From Octopus sinensis (taxonomy: Eukaryota): a stretch of 64,000 bases of DNA. Below the pieces are notes generated by a model, which made no database searches, had not been told where the DNA came from, and saw nothing but the letters and a program-made list of their open reading frames with translations. Position numbers and translations under genes: made by a program. Location of the stretch: assembly GCF_006345805.1 (NCBI RefSeq), contig NC_043008.1, forward strand, positions 19,716,001-19,780,000, in the 5' to 3' direction. Shown here piece by piece: positions 41,440 through 53,239 of the stretch. Positions within the stretch are counted from its first letter, which is position 1. Every line of letters starts with the position of its first letter.

Positions 41440-41872
41440 TGCCGCTGCGCACGATTTGGATAGACATTTCAATACTCAAAGGTTTTCACCAGCTTGAATG
41501 CAGCACACTTCCAAGCAATTCTGTTTTTCTAGGTGTTTTACCTTCACGTTTGCACCGATTTTTTTCAGCCATGCTGGTAGTTGAATGCTGATGCGTCCAA
41601 GTGAACCAATTACTACTGGTATCACGTGTACTCTGTTCACTGACCACAACCTTCGTATTTCCCACTTCAAATCGTCATAGTTGCTTATTTTTTCTTCTTC
41701 TTTCACACTGCTCCTGTTGTCACCAGGGCGCGTCGATAATCATACGTGTTCTTTCATTTTTATTCACCACAATAATATCCGGTTTCGGACGTCTTGTCGG
41801 GTGATCGCACCCGATCATTACATCCCACAGGATTTTGCAGTTCTCATTCTCAATGACTCCTTCTGGAGTTTG
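41440..41872 (-). mobile_element. 5'-truncated R4/Dong-like RLE retrotransposon, copy A
   Basis: KILWD...RPKPDIIVV...IID...KISNYDDLKWEIRRLW...VIPVVIGSLG (PD-(D/E)XK endonuclease end); 5' end abuts (AAT)n. Confidence 0.8.
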
Positions 41873-41873
41873 C

Positions 41874-41923
<50 letters not shown>

Positions 41924-41924
41924 G

Positions 41925-42050
41925 AATGATAGAGCAATGCATGCCATCAAAGTGACACTGGAGTAACATATACGGAGCCCAGTATACCCATCATGACTAC
42001 CCGTCTGACAAGGGTACACTAGCCACATGCATCACAACCATATGTGCGCA
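41925..42050 (-). mobile_element. Short retroposon 3' end between two (ATT)n arrays
   Basis: Non-repetitive 125-nt block; on the minus strand it ends ...CTATCATTC then (AAT)n. Confidence 0.5.
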
Positions 42051-42069
42051 TATTATCATTATTATTATG

Positions 42070-42136
<67 letters not shown>

Positions 42137-42587
42137 TATGTTTGACTTTTGTTTTATATTTGTACAAGTTGGCACCAAGTCTCACCCAGAGACCTCAAGA
42201 GACAACAGGTTGGAAGTTCACGTTGTTGTTATGCCCAGTGTGCCATATATTTTTTTTGGGGTGGGGGTTGTACTAGTGAATGTCTAATAAATAAATAAAA
42301 ATGAATAAATAAATAAAATAAAATAAAAAATAAATAAATAAATAAAAATTGTTTGTTTTAAACCTTGAGATTACATAGAAAGTATTTTGCGTAGGATATG
42401 AAGAGTTCTCATGAGCACTATCTTTTGAATTTCTGACATTTTGGGGTTTCCTGGTATCTGAGTTAGGTAGCAATCAGCTCCTTTCGCTATCATTCCCAGG
42501 GCACCTATGACAACAGGTATTGTTTTAGTCTTTAGGTTCCACAATTTGCTGATTTCTATTTCAAGATCTTTATATTTGCTCAACTAT
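42137..42587 (-). mobile_element. 5'-truncated R4/Dong-like RLE retrotransposon, copy B
   Basis: SKYKDLEIEISKLWNLKTKTIPVVIGALG...ILRKILSM* plus 3' UTR; both ends in (AAT)n. Confidence 0.85.
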
Positions 42588-42604
42588 AAATATTATTATT
42601 ATTA

Positions 42605-42679
<75 letters not shown>

Positions 42680-42714
42680 TATTATTATTATTATTGTTGT
42701 TGTTGTTGTTATTA

Positions 42715-42765
<51 letters not shown>

Positions 42766-43229
42766 GTTGAGATCAATGTCGCAGTTGGTATTAAAAAAAT
42801 AATCACACTGAAAATCTATGAATTAATAAGCATTTCGGTTGGTGTCCCCCACCCCCTGCCCATTTAAAGAAACGGTCTAGTATCAAGTGTAATCAATTAT
42901 ATTAAAGATGCAAAATAAATGAGCTGCTAGAATCTGTTACTATTCTTGCGAAAGTTTATTTTTAGGAAACCTCATCAGAATTTAGCAAGAAGCCGATTGT
43001 CAAGTGTAATTTTGCTTGAAGAGAATTGGAGACAAACCATTACGTGTTACCATTGTTATAGATGTCTAGAAAAAGAATTCGAGCTTTATAATTATTAAAA
43101 TAAACTCTCCTCATTATCAGCAAAATCTTTGAAGCACGAAAACACACACTCTCTCTATCTCTCTCTCACACAAGGACACATACTCTAATCACACACACAT
43201 ATGTGTATGCATATATATATATATGTGTA

Positions 43230-43450
43230 TATATATATATATATAAAATTCGTTCTGTCGGACTGTGTGCGTGTGTCTTCTAGGATATCGGGCATCCTCC
43301 ATCCGATTGCACTTAAATTTGATATGTAGATACCGACGGTATTAGGGGATGTATAAGTTTTGAAAAATATACAAAAATCTATTCCAGGTGATAATGCAAT
43401 CGATAAAGCCGTTTTTGTCCTGCTTTTCTTCCGTCAATCTGTACATAACT
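43230..43450 (+). mobile_element. Possible Helitron-like 5' portion
   Basis: TATATATAAAATTCG.TCTGTC...CCGATTGCACTTAAATTTGATATG resembles non-autonomous Helitron starts; no clear 3' end. Confidence 0.25.
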
Positions 43451-44889
43451 GCACCTTCCATTTTTTGTTGTTTTTGTACTGCTTAAAAGCACATTTCTCT
43501 CCTCCCAAGCCTACTGCTTAAACCATGTTTGTGTTCTCCCACTCAACAGCCTTATCATTACTGGTAATTTAAACTCTTCGGCTGCACATTTGTGTGAATC
43601 AAATCGTTTTTCTGTGGAGTATTGGAATAGAAATAAAGTCTATCTTTATTTCTTCTTTTGCTGTTGTCTCAAATTTAGGTTAAGTCAGTGTTTCTCAAAG
43701 GGGATGCCTATGGGACGGTCAGACAAGTTGTTTTGAGAAAATTTGGTCTAAATGTTTGACAACGCAGCACCGTCCATTGGACGGGGGGCGTTTTGCTCGT
43801 ATATATATATATATATATATATATATACGTGCGTGCGCTTGTGCGTCTCTTTGTGTTTCTCCCCTTTCCCCGGCTTGATGTTCTATTTACCTCTCTACAG
43901 TAGTGGATCGACAACAGAAGTAAGTGCAATAATTACCAGATTTAACAATACGATAACTAAAAACAGGCCATAGTACATATAACGAAGCAATACAGTTAAT
44001 CTGAATAGCAACGAATTTGATCGAGCACAAAATTCAAACCAGTGCTTCGTCATACCGGCTGATAAGTGTTAATTGATACAAGAATAAAAGAATGTGTGTG
44101 CGTATGTGTGTAAATGTGAGCGCATATGTGTGTGGATGTGTGCTGGTATGTGTGTACGTGAATGTGTGCACGTGTATGTGTGAATGTGGGTGCGACGTGT
44201 GCGAATATGTGCACGTATGCGCCTGCGTGCATGTTTGTGTATGTACGGGAAACAAAAAAAAACGAAACATACTAAATCAAATGAAATCAAACTCCAAAAA
44301 GCAAAGAATGAATAAAAATACAGTACATGTACTTTAAAAATTACCCGCCAAGATGTTATTACAAACATTATAATAATATTTTTATATTATTCCAAAATAT
44401 TTAAGAAACATTAAAACATAAGAAAACATTTAAAATATTTGGAATTTATGTGCATAGTATAAAAATCAGGATAAATAGATTAAAACGACGCAGAATCGAA
44501 AGAAGCAAAAACAGGCCATAGTACATATAACGAAACAATACAGTTAATCTGAATAGCAACGAATTAAATTTATATAACGGTATTATAATTATATTGGATT
44601 ACCGGATTTCTGAACGTCCACGAAATATAAAAATTAAATGCAATTTTCACAATGGCAAATTACTCTGATATGACGAGTGTTTTCCCGGAGAAATTTATAA
44701 AATATGCATACACCAGAATTCGCTTTAAGTCACTGATTCTCTACAGGTTTTGTGTTGTTTTTTATCTCTTTGGCTTATGGAACAACTTTGATTCATATTT
44801 TACTCAGCTAAAACCTGGTGGCCGTTCGATGTTTTAAAAATTCTTCATATATATTTATAATTATATATTATTGGGAATTGAATTCTTTT

Positions 44890-45060
44890 ATTGTTTTATA
44901 CTTTTGCTTGTTTCAGTCACTTGATTGCGGCCAAGATGGAGCACTGCTTTTAGTCGAACAAATCGATCCCAGGACTTTTTCTTTGTAAGCCTAGTACTTA
45001 TTCCATCGGTCACTAATTTACGGGGACGTAAATACATCAACATTGGTTAACAAGGGTGTG
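44890..45060 (-). mobile_element. SINE family D, 3' half
   Basis: Minus strand ends GTGCTCCATCTTGGCCGCAATCAAGTGACTGAAACAAG. Confidence 0.8.
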
Positions 45061-45784
45061 GATGACTGTTTTTTTTTGTCGTCATATTGTATCAGATGTC
45101 ACAACGGTGAGTGTGTTAAATTATAAGGCACAAAAAAGAAAATGACTCTCGCTAGACAGAACAGAATATGCTTCAACACACGAACTCACATAAAGAATCT
45201 TGAAAACCAAATCCAAAAACGAAATATATAACTTTGGTTGATCGAAAAACACGAAATATACAAACAGAAAACGGAAGAGTAATCGTCGAACCCGGCGGCA
45301 TTTTAATAATTGTTTTTTAGGAAGTAAACAAACTTATATAAATACCAACTTTATATAACTACATTTACGTAGATTTCTATAAAATTTGATCAATAGACAT
45401 TTTTCACAGGCTGTGCGATGATTAATGCAGTAAAAATGTGTTTCAATGTTAATATTTGTCTCGTGTATGAGTAATAATTTATAGTTTAACATTAGCTAAT
45501 TAATTAAATAACAGCATTACGAATATAGCTCGGTAATAAATGTCACAAATTGGATATTAAAATGGCCAAATATTCTAATTAGAAATACACGAGAGTTACA
45601 ATAGTAAAATTTATTAGAATTTTTATTATTTCCGATTAATTAAGTCTAATATGTGATAGCATGTTCGGGAAGCCAACTAATTTGTACATCACACAAGTTT
45701 AAATATGTATATATGCACACACACATATATGGATGTATTGATGTAGTTTTGTGTGTATGTATGAATGTATGACTGTATATATAT

Positions 45785-45959
45785 ATTTTTTTTTTCTTTT
45801 TCTCTCCTTGTTTCTTTTCTGTGTATCTTTCTGTTGAAGAGCGTAGGCTCGAAACGTAAAAGACTTGTTTTATTTATATTCCTGAGCGCCATACTAATAC
45901 AATTGTTTGTTTGTATTCCACCTGCCTTCGTCTTTTGTTTATTTTCATAAAGCTTCCCG

Positions 45960-45960
<1 letters not shown>
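45785..45960 (+). mobile_element. Family H repeat with minimal hammerhead-like motif at 45826-45863
   Basis: TCTTT-CTGTTGAA-GAG-cgtagg-CTC-GAAAC-GTA-AAAGA; flanked by TA repeats. Confidence 0.75.
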
Positions 45961-46028
<68 letters not shown>

Positions 46029-46039
46029 CGTGGGTGGGT

Positions 46040-46420
46040 GTGGAGACTCAATGGCCCAGTGGTAAGAACAGCGGACTCGCGGTCTTAGGATCGAGGTTTT
46101 GATTCCCAGACCGGGCGTTGTGAGTCTTTATTGAGCGAAAACACCTAAAGTTCCACGAGGCTCCGGTACGGTGTGGTGGTGAACCCTGCTGTACTTTTTC
46201 ACCACAACTTTCTCAGGCTTTCTTCAAGTTTCTTTTGTACCTGTATTTCAAAGGGCCAGCCTTGCCACACTCTGTGTCACGCTGAATCTCCCCCGAGAAC
46301 TACGTTAAGTGTACACGTGTCTGTGGAGTGCTCAGCCGCCTGCACGTTAATTTCATGAGCATGCTGTTCCGTTGATAAGATCAACTGGAACCCTCATCGT
46401 CGTAACCGACGGAGTGCCAC
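46040..46420 (+). mobile_element. tRNA-derived SINE, head C + tail X
   Basis: Head as at 14882; tail TTGTACCTGTATTTCAAAGGGCC...GTAACCGACGGAGTGCC as at 4504. Confidence 0.85.
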
Positions 46421-46548
46421 GACATATATCTATATATATATAACATATATATGTATACACAATGTATGCACATATACATGTATATATATATATATATATA
46501 TACATATATATACATATTATATTATATATAAATATAAATATATATATA

Positions 46549-46639
<91 letters not shown>

Positions 46640-46894
46640 ATGTGTGTGTGTATACGTAAATACATACATATATATATCTACGTAAATATATAATATACTT
46701 TACATGTTTCGTGTGTTTGTATCTCTATAAGTCAATCTCCCCCTATCTCTCTCTTTCTACGTACCTATCTATATGTCTATATATCTATCTACATATACAT
46801 ATATATATATTATATATATATATATATTATATATATGTGTGTGTGTGGTTTGTGTGTGTGTGTGTTGTGTGTGTGTGTGTGTTGTGTGTGTATG

Positions 46895-47310
46895 TATTTC
46901 TGTATTAGTGACAACTGATAGTTGATATAGAAAGCAACAGTGGTTGTCAAGCGAGGAATGGGTGTCAAACCCACACGCAAAGACACGCACATTGCGCACA
47001 CGCATGCACTCGCACTGACACACACACAGACACACACATACTGACACACACACACAGACCACACACATATATATATAATCACACATATGTATAATCTTTT
47101 ATTCTCTTATGTTTCAGTCACTTAACTGCGGCTATGCTGGAGCAACGCCTTTAGTCGAACAAAGCGATCCCAGTTTTTTATTATTTGTAAGCCTAGTACA
47201 TATTCTAACGGTCGCTCTGTCGAATCGCTATGTTACGGGGACGTAAACACACCATCATCGTTTGTCTAGCGAAGGCGGGGTAAAAACGCAGTCACAAATA
47301 CATGCAAACA
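46895..47310 (-). mobile_element. SINE family D pieces
   Basis: 47111-47149 reads GGCGTTGCTCCAGCATAGCCGCAGTTAAGTGACTGAAAC on the minus strand. Confidence 0.7.
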
Positions 47311-47334
47311 TACATAAATGCATACATACCTATA

Positions 47335-47376
<42 letters not shown>

Positions 47377-47426
47377 TGTGTGTTGTGTGTGTGTGTGTGT
47401 GGTGTGTGTGTGTGTTTGTGTGTGTA

Positions 47427-47940
47427 TAATCAAAATAATCAACAAGTATATCCGAGGTAGAGTAGTACAATTGTTTCATGCTACTTCATTTTATTAAACA
47501 CTGTAAGTATTACATCAGTTTTAAAGTGGCGAGCAATCTTCAGCCATTTATAGAACATGATAGTAGCAAATTCACTCTCATTCAAAGAGTGAATTTCCTA
47601 CTATCATGTTCTTAATAATGAAATCAACCTCTCTGTCTATATATCAACCCTCTTCATAATGTTGGCAAATGAAATACAGATAAGAATGTGCATTGTCCGT
47701 TTCACTGGAAAATTCTATAAGTGCCTGAAGATTGCTCGACATTTTAAAACTGATGTAATACTTACAGCGTTTAATAAAATGAAGTAGCATGAAACAATTG
47801 TACTACTCTACCTCGGATATACATGTTGGTTATTTTGATCATAATCACCCCATTTGATTTATGTGGATAATACCATACAACATTCTGGTGCCTTTGACTT
47901 AAAGTACCATATTCATCTGAATCTAAATTTTGATGATCTT
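47427..47940. mobile_element. Foldback element with about 128-bp inverted arms carrying degenerate hammerhead motifs; related to the 27847 element
   Basis: 47427-47555 pairs with 47713-47841; CTGAAGA (47725-31) ... GAAACAATTGTA (47791-802); tail ATAATCACCCCA...TGGTGC...GTACCATATTCA. Confidence 0.7.
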
Positions 47941-47941
47941 A

Positions 47942-47972
<31 letters not shown>

Positions 47973-49539
47973 GAAAATATATATGTATGTATTCTAGCTT
48001 AAGAGCCGCCCTCTCCGGTTGCTTTTAAGTGAGCTCCTGTGGAGAGGTTTCTTTGGGGATTGGGCCCAACAAGGAAAACTCATGCATTGTGTACATATTA
48101 AATTCTATTAAATTTTGAAATATTTTTTCAAGCAATGAACACTTTTCATCAAAGAAATGATATAGTTTGTCGATTTGAAACTTGCTGCATGATAAACAAC
48201 GTTTTTAGTCTTCCCATTCGGGGTCAGCACAAATAGCTTGTTTCCATTCGCTACCCTTGAACAACCAGCATGTAGCTAGACGTAGGCAACAATAAACTTA
48301 GCTTTTAAAAGTTTATACAATAAACTAAGCTTTTAAATGTTCGGTGATAATTCTTTTACTACCACTTAATTTAAAGACAATTTGATGTATGTAGGGCCTT
48401 TCTTTGCGTACCACAAATTATTTAAAGTAGCAGATAAGTAGGTAAACTCCTTTTCGGAGATTGAAGGAAAATTACACCTCTGTCGCTGAACAATATCTTA
48501 AAATGTCATTTTTATGTTTTGGAATTACTCTAAATGTAATTAACGATAAAGTATTTTTTAAGGTAATAATAAAATTAGTGTAATCTATTTTCATGCAGTC
48601 GGAGTGCGCTGAGTTTCCATAGCTCCGATGGCTGACGGCATGAAAATAGGTTTGACAAATTTTTATTAATATCCCAAAAAATACTAGGTTTCCAACATTT
48701 TTTGGGCAGAGAGTTATGAAAGGTAATATTGTATGAGAGTGTGAGTTCAAATACGGATTTCAGTTCCGAACGTTATGAAGCATGTGCTATGGTTAAATTA
48801 CTTGAAACTGTTATAATATTTAGAGAAAGATTTTTTCAAAATGTTTATTTTCGAAATTACTTTTGGAAATAATTATATTTAGAGAAATATTTATCAAAAT
48901 GTTAGTATTAAGAAAAAAGCCAAGTATGACAAATTTTAGAAGAGTCATTGAATAGTGAAAGAGAGGTAAAGAATGAGGAATACTAGAAGTGTCAATGAGG
49001 AATACTAGAAGTGTCATGAGAATTAATAGGAGTGTCATTGCATAATGAAAGAGGGCTTCGAAGGAAAAAAGTTGAGAAAGTGTGACACACCTACACACTG
49101 ACATACGCTTTCGCCTTTATCATATATATATATATATATATATACACGACGGGCTACTTTCAGTTGATGGAACCATTAGATTAGAATATAGGAGTTTGTA
49201 TTTCAAAGACAGATTTTCAGCTATATATTTAATATACATCGCTCCAGTTATATTATCTGACATATAGACCTCATAGATAGTGGGGGAGATAGATTGCACT
49301 GTAGAATATAAAGGTCAGTGCATTAACGTATTTAGATTCGTCTCCACAATTTCTTAATTTTATTTATACTGATATGATTACTTTATATTTTCGCTAATTT
49401 TTGTATAGATTATAAGTATTAGCAAGTAATAGATGTATTTGAGTCTGGATCAACACTAACACTAAGAAATTCTGATTTGTTAGACCGTGAACATACATTT
49501 GCTTTCTGATTGTCACCCGCGACTAGATACATACATACA

Positions 49540-49575
<36 letters not shown>

Positions 49576-50475
49576 TATCAGTCATGATTAGATAACATCA
49601 TAGGTGAGACACCAGTGATTATCCATACTTAGACTCCATATTGTGTCGCCTAAAACGAAATGTAGAATATCATATATTAACATGCATACGACTAGCAGCC
49701 ATATTTAATGTTTCCTCTTGTAAAATTCCAAATTATCTCTACCCGAATATTACTCTTCTTTTCTATACAACATAATTCCGTAATTGAGTGATTAAGACTC
49801 AAAACCTGGAATTTAATATTCCCTGAACGGTTATTGCGAATAATTCATCTCTGGCTTCAACTGAATCTAGTTAGAATATATTAGAGTCCTTTGATTCCTT
49901 TCCAGACATACCGACATATACCGTCGAGATTATGAAATTCGAATATAAAGTTTAAAGTTTCTAAATCAGGTTAAACAGGATATAATCAAAATCAAAATGT
50001 AATTTCGTCTTAGTAATGGAAGTGACTTTTTACGAGATCTGTCTTTGATGTACAATTTGAAGTAAAATATAAAGAAAACGAAAAATCATGGCTTGAAACA
50101 AAGATTTTGAGCTTGATTTTCCAGTAAATTATATTTCGGTAAGTTCAATTGATGATGTTAATCAGAATATTTTCCTTTACTGCATTCATTAACGTCGAAT
50201 TACTCGAAATTAATGCAAGTTATATCGATATGTGTATGTGTACATGAACAGAGTATATCTAATAATGCTTCTGATATGAATCCGTGCCTGAAACTTCGTT
50301 CAGTAGTATTAATGAATTCAAATATTCGCATTAAAATCTTAGCGCAAGTAATGTATCACTAAATCTCCTTTAGATATTTTAGAGTTTGAAGAAGAATTAC
50401 TGAAGATGCATTCACCACTTCTCTCTCTCTCGCTTTCACTTTCTCATTATAAACATATATATATATGTCATGTAC

Positions 50476-50516
<41 letters not shown>

Positions 50517-50521
50517 TATAT

Positions 50522-50615
<94 letters not shown>

Positions 50616-51249
50616 TACATACATATATATTATATATATATATATTATATTATATATATATATATATTATATATACGTACATGACATATATATATATACA
50701 TACATATATATCAAGATGGCGCTGAGCTAACAACAAGTGTGTTAACGTGTCTCTCCTAATATTAAAGAAGTCCTTCCAGAGATCGATGTTATCAGAAGCG
50801 AAATTGTCTGCAAAGCGAATATAAGTGATAGTACAACACAAGCACTGTATTTGAGAAGAATATTTTCGCTTTTGATATAGTATTTGCAACTAGAACATAC
50901 TCGCGAATACACGTGTTAAAACGCACGTGTGTTACTTCCCGAAATCGAAGTGAATTTTATTCTTCGTCTTTGAATCAACAAGACACAGTATTTTTGAGAA
51001 GGATATTTTCGTTTTTGATGTATCTGCGTGTTCTAAAAAAAGCCTCTGAAAAATTTGCTGCTTAATACCAAATCGCTTAGGAAAAACAGAAAGTATCGTC
51101 AAACTGTTGCATGTGCTAAATCGAAACTCAAACCCCTTTTGTTTACAAAGTGCGCTTGGGGAGGAATATAAAAGGTCTGTCTTGTCTATCTATCTTCCTT
51201 TCTTATAAAAAGGAATCACGTAAGTACTCTCTCTCACCGGTAAGGTAAG

Positions 51250-51570
51250 ATATTATTATTTTGTTTCATTAGTGTTCTTTCAAACAGAAAATAAAAAAAA
51301 AAATTAAAAAAAAAAGATATAAAGATATAAAAATACGCGGTATTCTATCTTATAATCTTTATAATTTCGTCCTCCGTGCCTGCCACGCACTCTCTCTTTT
51401 TTACATTTCTATTTCTATCTCTCTCATACATTTTTATTATTTGTTATCATTAGTGGTTCTTTCAAACAGAAAATAATATTTAAAAAGATATAAAAATACG
51501 CGCTATTCTATCTTTAATAATCTCTCCCTCCTTTCTTACATTTCTATTTCTATCTCTCTCATACAGTTTA
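51250..51570 (+). repeat. Imperfect tandem duplication of about 180 bp
   Basis: ATTAGTG(G)TTCTTTCAAACAGAAAATAA...GATATAAAAATACGCG...TACATTTCTATTTCTATCTCTCTCATACA occurs twice. Confidence 0.85.
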
Positions 51571-52394
51571 TACCTTATCTGTCTCCCCATCCACCAGACC
51601 CTCTATTTCCGCTCTCACTCTCCCCTCCTCCTCTCTCTCTCTCTGCAATCGTTTCTCTTTCTGCATCTCTCTCAGATCAACTTTCTCTCACCTCACCCCC
51701 TCTCTCGTTTCTCAACTTCACTCATTCTCTCTTGTATCTATATACCGCCCTCTTTCTCTCTCCTCTGTTACTTACTCCCCTCCCCTCTCTCTGCCTCTTT
51801 CCTCTCCGCTCCTTCACAGGTCAAACCCCTTTTCCTCTCCCCTTCTGTCCCCTTATTTCTTTCTCTACACCACCCTCCCTGTCCCTTTACTACACTCTGT
51901 TGGCGCCCCCTCTCTTCCTCTTCCCCCTTTTTTCTTCCTACCTTTCCTCTCCCTGTTCCCTCTAAGGCTCACCACCCCCTGTCTCTTTTTTCCTCTCTCT
52001 GTCTCCTTCCTCACAACCACCCTCTCTGTCCCTTTACTTCACTCCCTGGTACCTCTATCCTGCCCTCTCTCTCTCTCCTCTCCATTTCATCTCTCTCTTC
52101 CTCTCCATTTTATCTCTCCGCCTTTCTTCTCCCTGCTCCCCCTAGGGTCCACCCTCTGTCTCACTTGTCCCTTTCTACTACCTCTCTCTACCCGCTCACT
52201 CTCCCCCTGCTGACCTGCCATTCTTTCCACCTTTCTCTTTTTTCCCTCTTATTTTCTCTCTTTCTCTCTTCTCTCAGGACAATCCCCTCGTCTCTCTCTC
52301 TATACCCCCTGGCTTTTCCTCCTTTCTCTTCTCCCTCACCATATCTCTCCTTCTCTATCTCTCTCTCTCTGTTCCTATATTTCACTAGAAGAAA

Positions 52395-53131
52395 ATGGCA
52401 AGAAACTGGTCTGCGAGAGAGGTGCAATTGTTCGTCCGCGCTTGGAAGATCGCTGAGGACACTCGCCGAACGACATTATTGCTGCGGCGCTGAAAAGCAA
52501 CAATTTTTCGAGAAACACCGCCCAGATAGAGCGAAAGAAGAGAGAAGTTATCCGTTCCTACGCTCTAATCAGGCAACATGTGGACACCCTGGACATCATC
52601 CTGGGAGGTGACGGCAGCAGGGAGGGCCAAAAGGATGAGGAAAGCATCCAGAGCCAGATGGAGAAGCCTGGAACACAGGGAACGATGACACATGTCCAGC
52701 TTCCAACACCACAACTGAAGACCAAAGAGGTGCGATGGCCGCAAGAAAGGAAAGGCACCCTGGAATTGATGGAAGCAGGAGGTAAAGGGTGACAGAATCA
52801 AGGCTAAAGGAAGCCCTGTCCAGAGAAGCAGAGGGACCCCAGCAAAAACTGTAAGGGCAGGGAAAGAAACACCTGCAAATTCTACCTGAGTGGGGACTGC
52901 TGTACGGCGTTGAAGGTGCAAACTGTCGCTTTGCACATCGGAGGCCCTACCAAAACCGCACGGACGCGAGACAGAGGTCCCTCCCTCAGGGAGAACAAAA
53001 ACAAAAACAAAAAGTTAAAAGAAGGGAAAAAAAGCGCACTGACCACTACTGAAAGACGGTATGCAGATGTGGTGGCGCGGAAACCCAACAGGTGGCCAGC
53101 TTCACCCAGATGTGAGAAGGGCGGCAGCTGA
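52395..53131 (+). pseudogene. LINE ORF1 (frameshifted): Myb/SANT-like N-terminus and CCCH zinc finger
   Basis: ATG at 52395; one-base shifts give MARNWSAREVQLFVRAWKIAE/GHSPNDIIAAALKSNNFSRNTAQIERKKREVIRSY and CKFYLSGDC/YGVEGANCRFAH. Confidence 0.6.
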
Positions 53132-53239
53132 ACAGCAGTCTTTTTTGTGCATGGCACAAAAAATTGTTCAGCAGCTGACCTGGCTACACGCACAAAGCTG
53201 GAACTACCACCACATAAGGCCACCTCCAACAGATGCAGG

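Noticed and set aside
48925-49070. 22-bp tandem duplication AATGAGGAATACTAGAAGTGTC with similar flanks
   Set aside because: Ordinary slippage-type minisatellite; not a repeat-spacer array
50700-50810. Minus-strand exon-like reading (DNFASDNIDLWKDFFNIRRD...) after a good acceptor
   Set aside because: The only donor lies in a microsatellite and no other minus-strand exons were found; LINE 5' UTR is the simpler reading, though this is not excluded
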